Source: a virus. Taken from it: a DNA stretch of 56,119 nt. Position numbers and translations under genes: made by a program. Below the pieces are notes generated by a model. That model worked only from the letters and a program-made list of their open reading frames with translations, had not been told where the DNA came from and searched no databases. Positions 55,796 to 56,119 of the stretch are shown one piece after another; positions within the stretch are counted from its first letter, which is position 1, and the number at the start of each line of letters is the position of its first letter. Where the stretch lies: positions 69,467 through 125,585 of IMG/VR virus record IMGVR_UViG_3300024308_000021; one strand, given 5' to 3'.

Positions 55796-56119
55796 ATGTA
55801 CCAAGATTCCACCAAGCCCGCGAAAGAGTTCCAACCACCTAAAACTATCCTAGAGACAATCGGTTACCTGCGTCGACTACTGCAAGGTTCTACTCGCATA
55901 CATTCCCGCTCACCACACACGTACCAGTACCGGTTGGCTAGTGGGGTTATGTGCGTACTTTCTAGTTGCAGTGACCCAGAAGCCCGTTACGAGAAATTCG
56001 AGCGAACAGTCTGGAAAAGATTGTTCGAACGTCCTACCCTACGGATCTGGGTGAAGAGTTTTCCGGGGCTTAGTTTGCTCGATCTGATAACATTGGTTAA
56101 CGGTGAGGTCGATTTGTCG
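55796..56119 (+). CDS. Hypothetical protein, 3'-truncated by the window edge
   Basis: ATG 55796 after TAAGGA; the frame (MYQDSTKPAKEF...) stays open to the end of the window. Confidence 0.6.
   Translation, partial: MYQDSTKPAKEFQPPKTILETIGYLRRLLQGSTRIHSRSPHTYQYRLASGVMCVLSSCSDPEARYEKFERTVWKRLFERPTLRIWVKSFPGLSLLDLITLVNGEVDLS

Overview
This window is part of a phiKZ-like (Chimalliviridae-type, probably nucleus-forming) jumbo phage genome. The call rests on gene order and protein motifs recalled from that family; no database search was run. Bases 1-18.7 kb hold virion genes: paralogous internal head proteins with [S/A/T]-X-E maturation sites, inner-body-like proteins and baseplate/tail proteins. 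A short early-gene island (19.8-21.9 kb) is followed by a DnaB-like helicase, the major capsid protein, a split RNA polymerase beta-like subunit, a 748 aa protein with Q/WG-rich low complexity, the portal protein, two virion proteins, RuvC, Tmk, a holin-like protein and ThyA. From 42 to 56 kb is an accessory region with a signal-peptide lytic transglycosylase, an NAD-dependent DNA ligase and many hypothetical proteins. Among these are candidate immune-signal sponge paralogs, an array of HslV/Ntn-hydrolase-like paralogs, a Cys-His-Asp enzyme and an ART-like protein. The main observation is a ~430 nt stretch (31599-32029) with no credible ORF, lying between the WG-repeat gene and the convergent portal gene. 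It folds by eye into about ten nested helices with G-U pairs favouring the + strand, and it has its own terminator. It is a candidate large, undescribed phage ncRNA. Smaller structured RNA elements and a repeated translation-initiation leader are also present. I saw no tRNA, rRNA, CRISPR array or transposase.
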